Made by a program: the position numbers and the translations under genes. A model generated the notes under the pieces. It did no database searches, was not told where the DNA came from, and worked only from the letters and a program-made list of their open reading frames with translations. From Azolla caroliniana (Eukaryota; Plantae; Polypodiophyta), in contig JBHGNT010000012.1 in assembly GCA_043228905.1 (NCBI GenBank), forward strand, positions 6,944,001 to 7,008,000: a stretch of DNA of 64,000 nt, read 5' to 3'. Every line of letters begins with the position of its first letter. Within the stretch, counting starts at the first letter, position 1. Below, in pieces: positions 35,144 through 48,219 of this stretch.

Positions 35144-36256
35144 AGTATATAATAGAGAGGTGAAGAAGTTGGGTTTCAAACCCACAACGCAGTGCTTGTA
35201 GTGCTAACAACTTACCACTAGGGTAAGGTAATTACGATAAAAAAAAGAAAGAAAGAAAGAAAGATAGTCAACACAAAGTAGACATAAAAACAATAAAATT
35301 GTATTCACAAGAAGTTGAAAAACAACCAATAGTTACAAAGAAGAGGAGAAGGTGATTATGTAGTCACCTTCTCTCTATACTTTCTCACTACAACTACCCC
35401 TTGAGAAAGAGGTGGAGACTTAACTGCCTACTAACTATGTGTCATAGGGCTTTACTTCTATGACACATTAGTTATCATACAAAGTGGTGGGATGTTCACA
35501 CACTTGGCTATTCCTAAGATGTGTTCCCACATTGGGAAAGTTGAGTTTGATTCTCAACACTCCCCTTCAAATGCACCTTCTGGTTGTTGGATAGTCAACT
35601 TGGGTCTTGATTGGTATTCGGGTCGGCTTCGGTAGTCGGCTCCAGCTTCTGTTGTGGATAACCGGCTCACTCCATTTTCTGTGTTCGTTCTGCTCCATCC
35701 GACTCTGTGTTAGGTGGAGGCTCATTATCCTTAATCGCCCTCATGCTCGGCTTGTGGGCAGTCAAGAGTCATAGGTTCGTCGTGAACTGCCGCAGCTTGT
35801 CGGCTCCAAGGACCTTTGTAAAGATGTTGGTCATCTGCAGGTTCGTGTTAATGTGTTGTAGGTTCACATCTCAAGCCAAGACATGTTCTTGAATGAAGTG
35901 ATAATGCACCTTGATGTGCTTAGTTTGAGAGTGAAAAACCGGGTTGTGAGCCAAGTGAATGATGCTCATGTTGTCGCACTAGAGGAGGATTGGATCTTTG
36001 ATGAAGACATCTAGATCCTTGAGAATTCTCTTTAGCCATACAGTTTCACATGCCGCAATGGCCGTGCCCCTGTATTCAGCTTCTGTGCTCAATAATGCGA
36101 CTGTCGCCTACTTCTTACTAGGATATGGCTCCGCTATTGAGGGAGAAGATGAATCCAGAGGTTGATCATCTATTGGCTTTGTAGTCGACCTAGTCAACAT
36201 CTGTGTACCCTTCGATTTGAATTGGTGTGGCCGATTTGTAGAGGATGCCATAATCC

Positions 36257-36524
36257 TGATAGAAGATTATGTGTAGAGATGTTGATGTGGAAGATGATTG
36301 CGGACCTGTTGATTTAGTTCAACAGACCACATAAGTTTAGATATGCACTATTACAGAGAGAGAGAGAGAGTTAGGCTCAAAGTAAGATTGTATTACATTA
36401 AATCTTCGAACTCTACAAGTACATGGTTACAATGTTAGGATGAGCTTATGTACTCAAGCCCTAGCTCAAGGACATGTTCACACTAAGGACACAAAATAGA
36501 AGGATTCAACCTTTTATGCCAACA
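36257..36524. mobile_element. Small solo LTR (268 bp) of an unrelated family
   Basis: TG...CA ends and perfect TSD AATCC. It interrupts the E pol frame (..SGTMD|YGIL). Confidence 0.8.
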
Positions 36525-36548
36525 AATCCATCGTCCCACTTACATACC

Positions 36549-37275
36549 TGTTAGGAAACAGGTCCCTCCGGATGGGAAGTGAGAAGAACAGTACTGATGA
36601 GCAAACTCGACCGAGGCCGAATCCGGATGTGTGGAGTACCCGGCTACGGAAGACCCGGTGAGAACCGGATGACGAGTACCCGGCTACGGAAGACCCGGTG
36701 AGAACCAGACGACGAGTACCCGGCAAGATCTGGATGGTGAAGACCTGGTGAGAACCGGATGACGTGTGCCCGGCAAGCGCCGGATGATGCAGGCCCGGTG
36801 AGGAGTGTTCATCGGATGAAGGGACATATTCGTAAATATGTTTCTGAGAGTCCATCAGGGCTATATTTGTAAATAGCCAAAAAGTCATATTAGTATAAAT
36901 ATGACTTAGGGCAAACTTTTAGTTGTTGTTGTCATTTCTTGTTGGTGCAAGAAAAGAGAGAGCGTGTAACTGTGTACGTACAAAGAGAGAGAGAGAGAGA
37001 GAGAAAGAGGTCGTTGCCTCTGTTGTAACCGCCGCCTGTGGCGAAGATAGCAAGCTCAAGGTCGTTGCCTCGGTGCTTCACTATTGTACATTCTGATATA
37101 GTGATAGTTTGCAATCTGTGGGCTACCGTGGTTTTTCCCTAGTTTGGGTTTTCCACGTTAACATCCTGTGTACTCTTCTCTTCACTGTGTCGTGCGTTCA
37201 CTATCCGTTTTCTGTGTTTTATCCTAGGCTCGGTTGTGGCCGAGCATTGTTCATTCGGAGCGTGTGTTCCCGTCA
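36549..37275 (+). mobile_element. Solo LTR 'H' (copia D/C-related)
   Basis: TG...CA ends, perfect TSD ATACC, homologous to the D LTRs. Confidence 0.93.
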
Positions 37276-37985
37276 ATACCTTAGTACTTGCTTAACATAA
37301 TCCAGATGGATGACGCGAGGTGTCTACATGAATTGGTTACGGAGGCCGACTAGATAATCGAGGTCGGGTTGAGTAATGGTGAGGTAGATTAGGCTTCTGA
37401 CTAGCTGACGATAGTGAGTCAACTCACACTCTTCTATGCCAAAGTTGGCATCTAGCTTTGGGTTTCGATCGAGAGGGATCACCACAGATTTGCACTCAAT
37501 CATCCCGAACTTGTATAAAAAGTTGAGGTTGTAGTGTCGTTGGGAGATCATAATGTCGGTTGGGGTCCTAATTACTTCTATACCTAGAAAGTAATGGAGC
37601 TCCTTCATATCTTTCATTTCAAATCAGTCGGAGAGAAGCTTCTTGATATGATTAATATCGGTGCGGTGTTCTCCTCCGATTACCAAGTCGTCGATGTATA
37701 TAACAATAAATAACTATCCTCTGGAATCACTTTGGATGAACAAGAATCATCGGACTTGGACATTTTGAAGCCGATTTGGTGAAGATACCAGGTTATCTTC
37801 AAATGCCAAGCTCTAGGTGCCTACTTGAGGCCGTAGAGAGGATTTCTGAGTCGGCAAACTACTTACGGGTGTGTGCTCCACTTGAAACCAAGAGGTTGTA
37901 CCATATACACCTCATCTAATTCTCCTTGAAGAAAGGCGTTCTTTACATCCATTTGATGGAGGTGCCACCTTTTGGCTATTGCAAG

Positions 37986-40900
37986 TGTTGGGAGACAGGT
38001 CCCTCCGGATGGTGCAGACCCGGTGAGAACCGGATGACGAGTACTCGGCTACGAAGAGCCGGATGGTGCAGACTCGGTGAGAACCGGATAAGAAGTACCC
38101 GGCTACGGAGAGCCGGATGGTGCAGACCCGGTGAGAACCGGATGAGGAGTACCCGACTACGGAGAGCCGGATGGTGAAGACCCGGTGAGGACCGGATGAG
38201 GAGTACCCGGCTACAGAGAGCCGGATGGTGCAGACCCGGTGAGGAATGCTCACCGGATGAAGAGACATATTTGTAAATATGTTTCTGAGAGTCCATCGTG
38301 GCTACATTTGTAAATAGCCGAAAAGTCATATTAGTATAAATATGACTTAGGGCAAACTTTTAGTTGTTGTTGTCATTTCTTGTTGGTGCAAGAAAAGAGA
38401 GAGTACGTCACTGGGTACGTACAGAGAGAGAGGGAGAGAGAAAGAGGTCGTTGCCTCTGTTGTAACGACCGCCTGTGGCGAAGATCGTGAGCACGAGGTC
38501 GTTGCCTCTGTGAACTCACCGTTGTACATTCTAACATAGTGATAGTTTGCAGCCTGTGGGCTACCGTGGTTTTTCCCTTAGTTTGGGTTTTCCACGTAAA
38601 CATCTTGTGTACATTTTTTCTTCTCCTTTGTGTCGCGTGTTTTCCGTTTCCTATTTTCTGTGTATGATTCTAAGCTCGGTTGTGGCCGAGCATTGTGCAT
38701 AAGGAGCGTTGGGTTCCCGTCAAGTGGTATCAGAGCGAAACGACACAAAAAATGGACGAATCGTTTGGCGGCATGTTCAAGCTCACCGGCTCCAACTATT
38801 CAGTGTGGAAGTCAAAGATGAGGGACATGCTCGTGGTTAAAGACCTCTGGCTGCCGGTTCAGTTCGGGGACAAGAGACCGGACAAAATCGACGCCGCGAT
38901 ATGGGAGGTGATGCACATGAAGACAACGGCGTACATACGGTGCTTCATCGACATGAGCCAGTACAACAACTTCAATGAAGAGAGCAAGGCTCATGAGCTC
39001 TGGGAGAAGATCGGCATTATGTTTCAAAACAAAAATGTTGTTAATCAGGTTTCGGTATTCCGGAAGCTAGTAAGACTCCGGTACCAAGATGGCTCCAGCA
39101 TGGCAGAGCACATGAATGCCTTCCAGGGGCTGATCCACGAGGCAACATCATTCGAAGTACCTCTCGCCGACGAGATACTAGCGCTACTCCTGCTCGGTTC
39201 CCTCCCGGATAGCTGGGAGACATTGGTTGTCACTTTGGGCAACGCCGGGCCGGAAGGAAAGCGGTTATCCCTAGCAAGAGTAAAGTCGAGCTTGCTAGAT
39301 GAGGAGGCGCGTCGGAAAGATGAAGATACGAGCTCCGACTCCAAAGCGCTCCTTACCGAATCGGAACGCGGAAGACAGAGAAACCGTGGTCCCCAGAACC
39401 GGGAGAAGTCGGGGACACGGTCAAAGTCAAGGGGGAGGCCTACTTGCTTCTATTGCGGCAAGCCGGGACACTTCCAAAAGAATTGTCGGCATTTCCGTAA
39501 AGACAAGGAAACCGACGGTACCGATTCGAAGCGGACCCCGGACCGGAACGGTAAAGACCGGAGGGGAACGGACACGAAGGGAACGACGGCAATCGCGGCA
39601 AGTGAAGAAGAGTTGATGCTCATCACCGAGGAGAGTGAGATAAACCTTGCCGGTGACGAGATGACCTGGGTGGTCGACTCCGGAGCGTCGTTCCACCTTA
39701 CCCCGGACCGGAAATGCTTCTCATCCTACTCAGCCGGTGATCACGGCTGTGTCCGGATGGGGAATGAAGGAACATGCCAAATTGTCGGCATAGGAGACAT
39801 GTGGCTGACAACACCAACTGGATGCAAGTTGCTGTTGAAGGATGTCCGACACGTTCCGGAGGTCCATCTGAACCTGATATCAGCCGGTCGGCTAGATGAT
39901 GAAGGCTACACGGGTAGCATCCGGAACGGTGTCATGAAGTTCAGCAAAGGGAGCCTGATTGTGGCTCGAGCCCGGAAGGTCAACACATTGTACCTGATGA
40001 ATGCCCGGTTATGTCCGGAAGAAGTGAACGTGGCATCCGACACTGCCGGTGAGCTGTGGCACAAGAGGCTGTGTCATATGAGCGAGAAGGGGATGAAGAG
40101 GCTTGCAGACGACAACCTCATTCCAGGGAAGAACGTGCACTTGGAGAAGTGCACTTCTTGTCTGGCCGGTAAGCAAAACCGGACCTCCTTCCGACCAAGG
40201 CCACCGATGAGACGTAATGCACCATTGGAGTTGGTGCATATGGATGTGTGTCAAGTAGACACGAAGTCACATGCCGGAGCGTAGTACTTCATGACATTCA
40301 TAGATAACCACAGCCGGAAGCTGTGGGCCACACCGTTGAAGACGAAGGATCAGGTGTTATCCGTCTTCAAAGAGCTCCACGCGAGAGTGGAAAGAGAAAC
40401 CGGCCGGAAGCTGAAGGCGGTTCGAGCAGATAACGGAGGTGAATACCGGGGGCAGTTCGAGGAGTACTGTCGCTCGAAGGGAATCCGGCTCGAATTTACC
40501 GTGCCGAAGACGCCTGAACTAAACGGGCTGGTCGAGAGGATGAACCGGACCGTAATGGAGAGGGTCCGGAGTATGTTGGCGCATGCAAAACTACCGAAGA
40601 AGTTTTGGGCTGAGGCACTGTCGACGGCGACATATGTGATAAATAGATCACCCTCAGTACCGTTGGACGAAGACACGCCACTGAGAGTGTGGACCGGTAA
40701 GGAAGTATCCTACCGGCATCTGAAGGTGTTCGGGTGTCTCACGTACGTGCATGTAGCTAAGGACCGGAGAGGAAAGTTAGATCCAAAGACCCGGCCATGC
40801 ATATTCCTCGGTTACGGTGACGATGATTTCGGCCACCGAGTGTGGGACCTGGTCGACAAGAAGGTATTCCGGAGTCGAGATATTATCTTCATGGAGGACA

Positions 40901-43359
40901 AGACGCTCGCCGACTGGGAGTCGGAGAAGAAGATAATGAACTCCGAGTTGACCGGTAAGGATCGACTCTACGATGAGCAGACCCAACCGGCAAGAGACCG
41001 GTTAGCACTCGAGGGACTAGCCGGTTACGGTGAGGATACCGAACAGGCTGAAGAAGTAGTAGTGGAAGCTGAAACCAGAACCGGCCAAGACCCCGAATCG
41101 GATTCGGATGAAGAGCCAGTGGAGAAGCCGGTTACCGAAGCCCGAAGACGGAGATATCCTCTCAGAGAGAGAAGGGCCCCCCGGAGATTTCCGGATGCAG
41201 AGCATGTTCTGCTGACCGATGAGGGGGAGCCGGAAAGCTTCGAAGAAGCGAAGGATGACACCCACCGCCGCAAATGGTTAAGTGCCATGCAGGACGAGAT
41301 GGATTCCTTGCATGAGAACCATACGTACGAATTGGTGGAGTTGCCGAAAGGAAAGCGGGCACTCCGAAACAAGTGAGTGTACAAGTTGAAACCGGGAGAT
41401 GCCGGCAACCCCCCGAGATACAAAGCCAGGATCGTGGTGAAGGGGTTCCAGCAGAAAAAGGGCGTGGCCTTTGACCAGATATTTGCCCCGATAGTAAAGA
41501 TGACCTCCATCCGGATGGTGCTGAGTATAGCGGCAAGCATGGACCTCGAGGTAGAGCAGCTGGACGTGAAGACGGCATTCCTTCACGGCGACCTCGAAGA
41601 GGAGATCTACATGCAGCAACCGGAAGGATTCATGGAGAAAGGGAAGGAGCACCTGGTACGCTGGCTGAAGAAGAGCCTGTACGGACTAAAGCAGGCTCCC
41701 TGACAATGGTACCGGAAGTTTGACTCCTTCATGACCGATCAAGGGTACCACAAGACGCAAGCCGATCACTGCATGTTTGTGAAGAAGTTTGAAGGAGGCG
41801 ACTTCCTGATACTCCTTCTGTACGTGGATGACATGTTGATCGTCGGACGGGACCAAGCCAAAATACGGATGCTGAAGAAGGCCCTCAATCGGACCTTCTC
41901 AATGAAAGACTTGGGTCCGGCAAGATAGATGTTGGGGATGCATATTATCTGGAACCGGTCAGTGAAGTAATTATGGTTGTCACAGGAGAAGTACGTGACA
42001 AAGGTGCTTCACCGGTTCAACATGTCATATGCGAAACCGGTCGGATCGACACTTCCGGCAAACTGCAGGCTATCCGGTAAGCAAAGCCCGAAGACGAAAG
42101 CAGAGAAGGCGGATATGATGAAGATTCCATATGCCTCTGCCATCGGGAGCTTGATGTACGCAATAGTGTGCACCCGACTGGATATAGGATACGCAGTCGG
42201 AGTGGTGAGCCGGTTTATGAGCAATCCCGGCAAGGAGCACTGGAACGCGGTCAAATGGATACTCCGGTATTTGAAGGGCACTTCAAATATGTGTCTTCGA
42301 TTTGGCTCCAGAAAACCTCAACTTGACGGTTTCACCGATTCGGACATGTCGGCTGATGTGGATACCAGCCGGTCTACATCCGGGTATGTAATGACATATG
42401 CAGGGGGAGTTGTTTCGTGGCTGTCGAGGCTGCAGAAGACGGTTGCATTGTCAACCACGGAGGCGGAGTACATGGCAGTTGTGGAAGCCGGCAAGGAAAT
42501 ATTATGGATGAAGGACTTCATCGGAGAGCTCGGTATCCGGCAAGATGAATACCAACTCTATTGCGACAGTCAAAGTGCCATCCACCTTGCTAAGAATGTG
42601 TCCTACCATTCCCGGATGAAGCATATCCAGCAAAGGTATCACTGGATCCGGGAAAAAGTAGATGACCAAGAGTTCGCGTTGACGAAGATCCACACGGCCG
42701 AGAAGTTCTGATACCCGACAAGCTAGATGCATGCCGGAAGAGGATCAAACTAGTAAGACACCCCATGCCGGAGTGAAGGGGGAGTTTGTTGGGAGACAGG
42801 TCCCTCCGGATGGTGCAGACCCAGTGAGAACCGGATGAGGAGTACCTGGCTACGGAGAGCCGGATGGTGCAGACCCGGTGAGGAATGCTCACCAGATGAA
42901 GAGACATATTTGTAAATATGTTTCTGAGAGTCCATCGTGGCTACATTTGTAAATAGCCGAAAAGTCATATTAGTATAGATATGACTTAGGGCAAACTTTT
43001 AGTTGTTGTTGTCATTTCTTGTTGGTGCAAGAAAAGAGAGAGCGCGTAACTGTGTACGTACAGAGAGAGAGAGAGAGAAAGAGGTCGTTGCCTCTGTTGT
43101 AACCGCCGCCTGTGGCGAAGATCGTGAGCACGAGGTCGTTGCCTCTGTGAACTCACTGTTGTACATTCTAACATAGTGATAGTTTGCAGCCTGTGGGCTG
43201 CCGTGGTTTTTCCCTTAGTTTGGGTTTTCCGCGTAAACATCTTGTGTACAATTTTTCTTCTCCTTTGTGTCGCGTGTTTTCCGTTTCCTATTTTTTGTGT
43301 ATGATTCTAAGCTCGGTTGTGGCCGAGAGTTGTGCATAAGGAGCGTTGGGTTCCCGTCA
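37986..43359 (+). mobile_element. Ty1/Copia 'D', full length, nonsense-inactivated
   Basis: LTRs 37986-38722 and 42787-43359. Perfect TSD GCAAG. PBS at 38725-38736. PPT just before 42787. Confidence 0.96.
38752..42776 (+). pseudogene. Copia D gag-pol
   Basis: Starts MDESFGGMFKL. All copia domains present. In-frame stops (e.g. 40282, 41374, 41701) arise from C>T/G>A changes relative to C. Confidence 0.92.
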
Positions 43360-46300
43360 GCAAGTGTGATTGCGGTCCAAATTGTGGTCATCTTTGCCAC
43401 TGAGGCAAAGATCTCTTTGTAATCAACTCCTCGGCTCTGTGCATAGCCTTTTGTGACAAGCCTGGCCTTATACCGATTGACGGTGTTGTTAGCGTTGGGC
43501 TTCACCTTGTAAATCCACCGACAACCAATTGCCTTTTGGTGGGGTGAAGAGGCAACAAGATCCTAGGTGTTGTTCTTGTCGAGGGCTTGCATTTCTTCAT
43601 TGATCGCTTCAACCCATTGTGGATCCTTCGCGGCTTCGGCAAAATTTGCCAACTCTCAGACAATCACCACCTTCATCATAAAGGCATAGTGGTATGCCAT
43701 ATAGTCATTGTAGCTAAATCGGGTGACTATGTTCTTTTCTACAGTGGAGCAACAAAGTTTCTCATTGGCCATTGTGAGATCTTTCTTTGCTCCAAGTGTC
43801 CTCATGATAGGCACTTCTAGCCTACCATACTCATTGTCGAGTGAGTGAGTCAATTCGTTGCCATCATATTGATAATCTTCATATTCTGACATTTTGGCCT
43901 TGCCTTTGTCCAATTCGGCACATGTCCGATTTGTGCACAGGTCGACCGTAATTGGTTTGGATGGAGTCAGCTCAGGTTTGTACCATGATGTTGATTCATC
44001 GAATACAACATCTTGACTACATGCACTTTTCAACTAGAGGGGTTGAAGCACGTATACCCCTTTTGCTTGAGTGAGTATTCCTGGAGGATGCACTTTTCCG
44101 ATTTTGGATCAAGCTTCTACCACTTCTCATCGGGAATATGTACATAAGCAATGGTGTTGAATATCCATAGATGGGATAGATCCGGCTTTCTTCCATAGTA
44201 CTTCTCATGGGGAGTTACGTCGTGTACATCGGATTTTGTACACTTGTTCATTTGATTTTATACGGCAATGTTTGGCACATCTTCCCAGTATGACTTTGGC
44301 AGGTTCTTTTCGTTCATCATTGCCCTAGACACCTCTAGTATGTGTTGATTCTTCTGTTCGGCTACACCGTTCTATTGCGGTGTATGTCGGCAAGTGAATT
44401 CTCGTCGAATTCCTTCTTTGTTGGAGGTATGCAATGAAAGTGTCGAAGAAGCATTCTTTACCTCCGCCTGACCATAGACATCTTACATGCCTAACGGTTG
44501 CCTTTTGGACTTTACTTTTGAATTTCTGGAAGTGTGTGAACACTTCACTCTTTTGCCGCATAGGGAAGATCCAGGTCTGCCTGGAGAAGTCGTCAATGAA
44601 TGTCACATAATATTGGCATCCTCCGATCTGGCTTTTGTCCAGGTCCCCACACATCTAAATGTATTACATCCAGAAATCATTTCCTTATGTTCCTCTCTTT
44701 CAGAATAGGTGTTGGTGTTGTTTGTCGAACTAACAGGCTTCACACACTCATGCAATCTCCTTATCCTTGAATGTTGGGAGTCCGATAATGACTCCTTTTG
44801 ACTGCATGCCCTTGTCAAGCATTTGGAGATTGATATGGTCGATTCTCTTGTGCCATAGTTCTAGATCGGCGTCGGCTTTATGGCCCTTTGAGAACATGGC
44901 CGAATTGACCTTGTTCGACTCAAGGATAAACATTCGACCTTATCTTCGATCATGAGCAATGAGTTGTCCTTCCTTCTCAATAAAGCAACCTCCGTGGTTG
45001 ACGTACTTGCATGCCCTATTCAACCATTTGGCCGACCAAGACCAGGTTCTTCGTTATGATCGGAACATGCAAGACATTTTTTATGTAGGTGTGTCATCCC
45101 CAGCTTCTACATAGCCAGGTTGGTTGGGCTTCACAACTCAAGGAACCAATCTTCATGAGATGCCATGTGATTGGACACACCGGAGTTGACAAACCATACA
45201 TTTTTTGAACTGGAGGTGCTGGTCAGACCGGATACCGACATTGAGTTCGCTCTATGCCTCATTATGAACATTCCACCACAGTCGTCGTAATTGGAGTTTG
45301 AGGCATAGTTAGTGAATTGTCGGCTCGTAAACACCGACTCACTCTTCTTTTTCCGGCACTCTACCTCATAGTGGCCGAATTTACCACAACATCTGCACTC
45401 AACTGAATTGTTTTGTCAGCTTGGACCGACATGACGGATCCCCCTTCTACCGAACATTCCTCATGTAATTCCACCGTCTTGCCACTAGTGGGAGTTGGTT
45501 TCATGGGTCGAACCCCGTCCACTTCGTCCCTGGACGAATCGGCCTCTTCCTGTATGATCACATCCTCTTCCTCCATCTGAATTCGAATAAAGCATGTGTT
45601 CTTCCGATGCATTGCTCCTCGTTCGGACGTGGTTTTCTTCGACCAGTAGCATCGACTAGAGATCAAAGGAGGGAGGATTCTCCCTTGTGAGGAAGACCTA
45701 TCTTATTGCACCGAACCAAGTTGCTAGGCGGCCAAGGCATACTTGCACCATTTTATCGTCGTCAATGTTAACATTGATCGAGCCGAGGTAGTCACACAAC
45801 TCATTGATCATCAAGAGCGTTGCCCATCTAAGTATTCACGATGGTTGACTTGGTTGGAGTTGTTATCCTTCTTCTTCGTCTTCTCTGTGATACAAATTGT
45901 GTAGGGTTGCTACTACAACGATCAGTTGGTACTTCATGAACGTTGGCGTATACACAACACACACGGATGGGCTTTGATCAAGCTACCAACCTTGCTCTGG
46001 TACCATGTAAAAAACTAGATATGATTCTGTGTAGCAGAAGAAATGTGTGTATATGAGAGAGAGAAAAAAAGATAGTCGACACAAAGTAAACAAAAAAACA
46101 ATAAAAATGTATTCACAAGAAGATGAAAAACAACCAACAATTACAAAGAAGAGGAGAAGGTGCTTATGTAGTCACCTTCTTTCTATACTCACTCACTACA
46201 ACTACCTCTTGAGAAAGAGGTGGAGACTTAACTACCTACTAACTATGTGTCATAGGACTTTACTTCTATGACACTTTAGTGTTAGGAATTTGTCCCTCCA

Positions 46301-46822
46301 ATGGGAGAGTTGATAGTTGAAGTCGAGGAAGGAGTCGACAGTCAAAATAGACAAGCCGAATACAGGATGGTCGGTCGGATCGACCAACAAGTCAACTGGT
46401 TTGAAGGAGATAGAGAGTCAACTATGATAGTCAACTACATTGGATGGATTCTCCAAGTCGGGCCGACTGGATGGTTGAAGACAAGGCCGACAAGTCAGGG
46501 CGATTAATTATTATATACATTATATAATAATAATAATAATAATAATAACTATATTTGTAAATAGCCCATACTGTGTATGAGTATAAATACACCTAGGGCA
46601 ACCATTATGGGATGAAGAGGTGTATAGAGCTTTTGTAGCAATGAGAAGGAAGAGTGTGCGCGAGAGAGAGAGAGGCATAGTTTAGTGGAACTAGCCAAAA
46701 CCCTAAGTGGGTATTCTCTAATTTATAGAGATTTGTAATCTGTTCCTTCCTTGTATCTCTTTGTTCATAGTGAAATTTGTTGCCCCATGGTTTTTCCCCT
46801 ATTTAGGGTTTCCACATAAAAC

Positions 46823-48219
46823 TGTTGGGAGACAGGTCCCTCCAGATGGGAAGGGAGAAGAACAATGTTGATGAACAAACTCGGCCGAGGCCGAAACCGT
46901 ATGAGGAGTACCCGGCTACGGAGAGCCGGATGATGCAGACCCGATGAGAACCGGATGAGAAGACCCGGCTACGGAGAGCCGGATGGTGCAAACCCGGTGA
47001 GGACCGGATGAGGAGTACCCGGCTACGGAGAGCCGGATGGTGCAGACCCGATGAGGACCGGATGAGGAGTACCCGGCTACGGAGAGCCGGATGGTGCAGA
47101 CCCGGTGAGAACCGGATGAGGAGTACCCGGCTACAGAGAGCCGGATGGTGCAGACCCGGTGAGGAATGCTCACTGGATGAAGAGAGATATTCATAAATAT
47201 GCTTCTGAGAGTCCATCGAGGCTATATTTGTAAATAGCCGAAAAATCATATTAGTATAAATATGACTTAGGGCAAACTTTTAGTTACTGTTGTTATTATT
47301 TCTTGTCTGCGTGAGATCAGAGCGCGTAACAATGTACAGAGAGAGAGAGAAAGAAAGAGGTTGTTTCTAACAATCGGCAACGGTTCGGTTTGAACCGAAC
47401 CGAACCGCGAAACCGCGGTTTAACGGCTTAACGGTTTCAACGGTTCGGTTCGGTTCGGTTCAGGTTTAGGTTTTTTTAAACGGTTCGGTTCGGTTTCGGT
47501 TTGGTTTCAGCAGTCAAAAACCGCGGTTTAAACGGTTTAAACGGTTTTTATTTTTTATTTTTTTTTATTTTAAAAAAAAAAATTTAAAAATTTTGAAAAA
47601 AATTCTAAAAAATTTTAAAAATTGTTTTTAAACAATCTTTTCATTTTTACTCTTATTCTCACATTTTAGGAACATCTTAAAAATTTTAAAAATTCTAAAT
47701 AGTGAAATATTATAAATTTAAAAATAAAATAAAATAAATTTGACCTATGTTGAAAACCGAAACCGAACCACGAAACCGCGGTTTTTAAGGTTTAATGGTT
47801 TAACGGTTTGAAAATTTTTTAACGGTTCGGTTTAAAGGTTTCGCGGTTCGGTTCGGTTCGGTTCAGGTTTCAACATTTTTTAATGGTTCGGTTCCAAACC
47901 GGTTCGGTTTGGACCCTCTCAAACCGAACCGAACCGTTGCCGATTGTTAGTTGTTTCCTCTGTTGTAACCGCCGCCTGTGGCGAAGATCGTGAGCACAAG
48001 GTCGTTGCCTCCGTGAACTCACTACTGTACATACTAACCTAGTGATAGTTTGTAGCCTGTGGGCTGCCGTGGTTTTTCCCTAGTTTGGGGTTTTCCACGT
48101 TAAACATCATGCGTACTCTTCTCTTCCATTGTGTCGTTCTTTATTTCCCGTTCTATGTGTATGATTCTAAGCTCGGTTGTGGCCGAGCGTTGCGTATAAG
48201 GAGCGTACAGTTCTCGACA
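46823..48219 (+). mobile_element. Solo LTR 'G' (D family) inside F 5' LTR
   Basis: TGTTGGGAGACAGG...GACA, perfect TSD AAAAC, 54-bp repeats as in D. Confidence 0.92.
47368..47949. mobile_element. Non-autonomous hAT-type DNA transposon (MITE, 582 bp)
   Basis: TIR TAACAATCGGCAACGGTTCGGTT / AACCGAACCGTTGCCGATTGTTA. Perfect 8-bp TSD GTTGTTTC. Subterminal AACCG/CGGTT arrays and an AT-rich core. Confidence 0.93.

Noticed and set aside
46440-46500. DRE/CRT (GCCGAC) motifs in F LTRs
   Set aside because: Short motifs in CCGAC/GTCGAC-rich sequence. I cannot distinguish them from background without counts.
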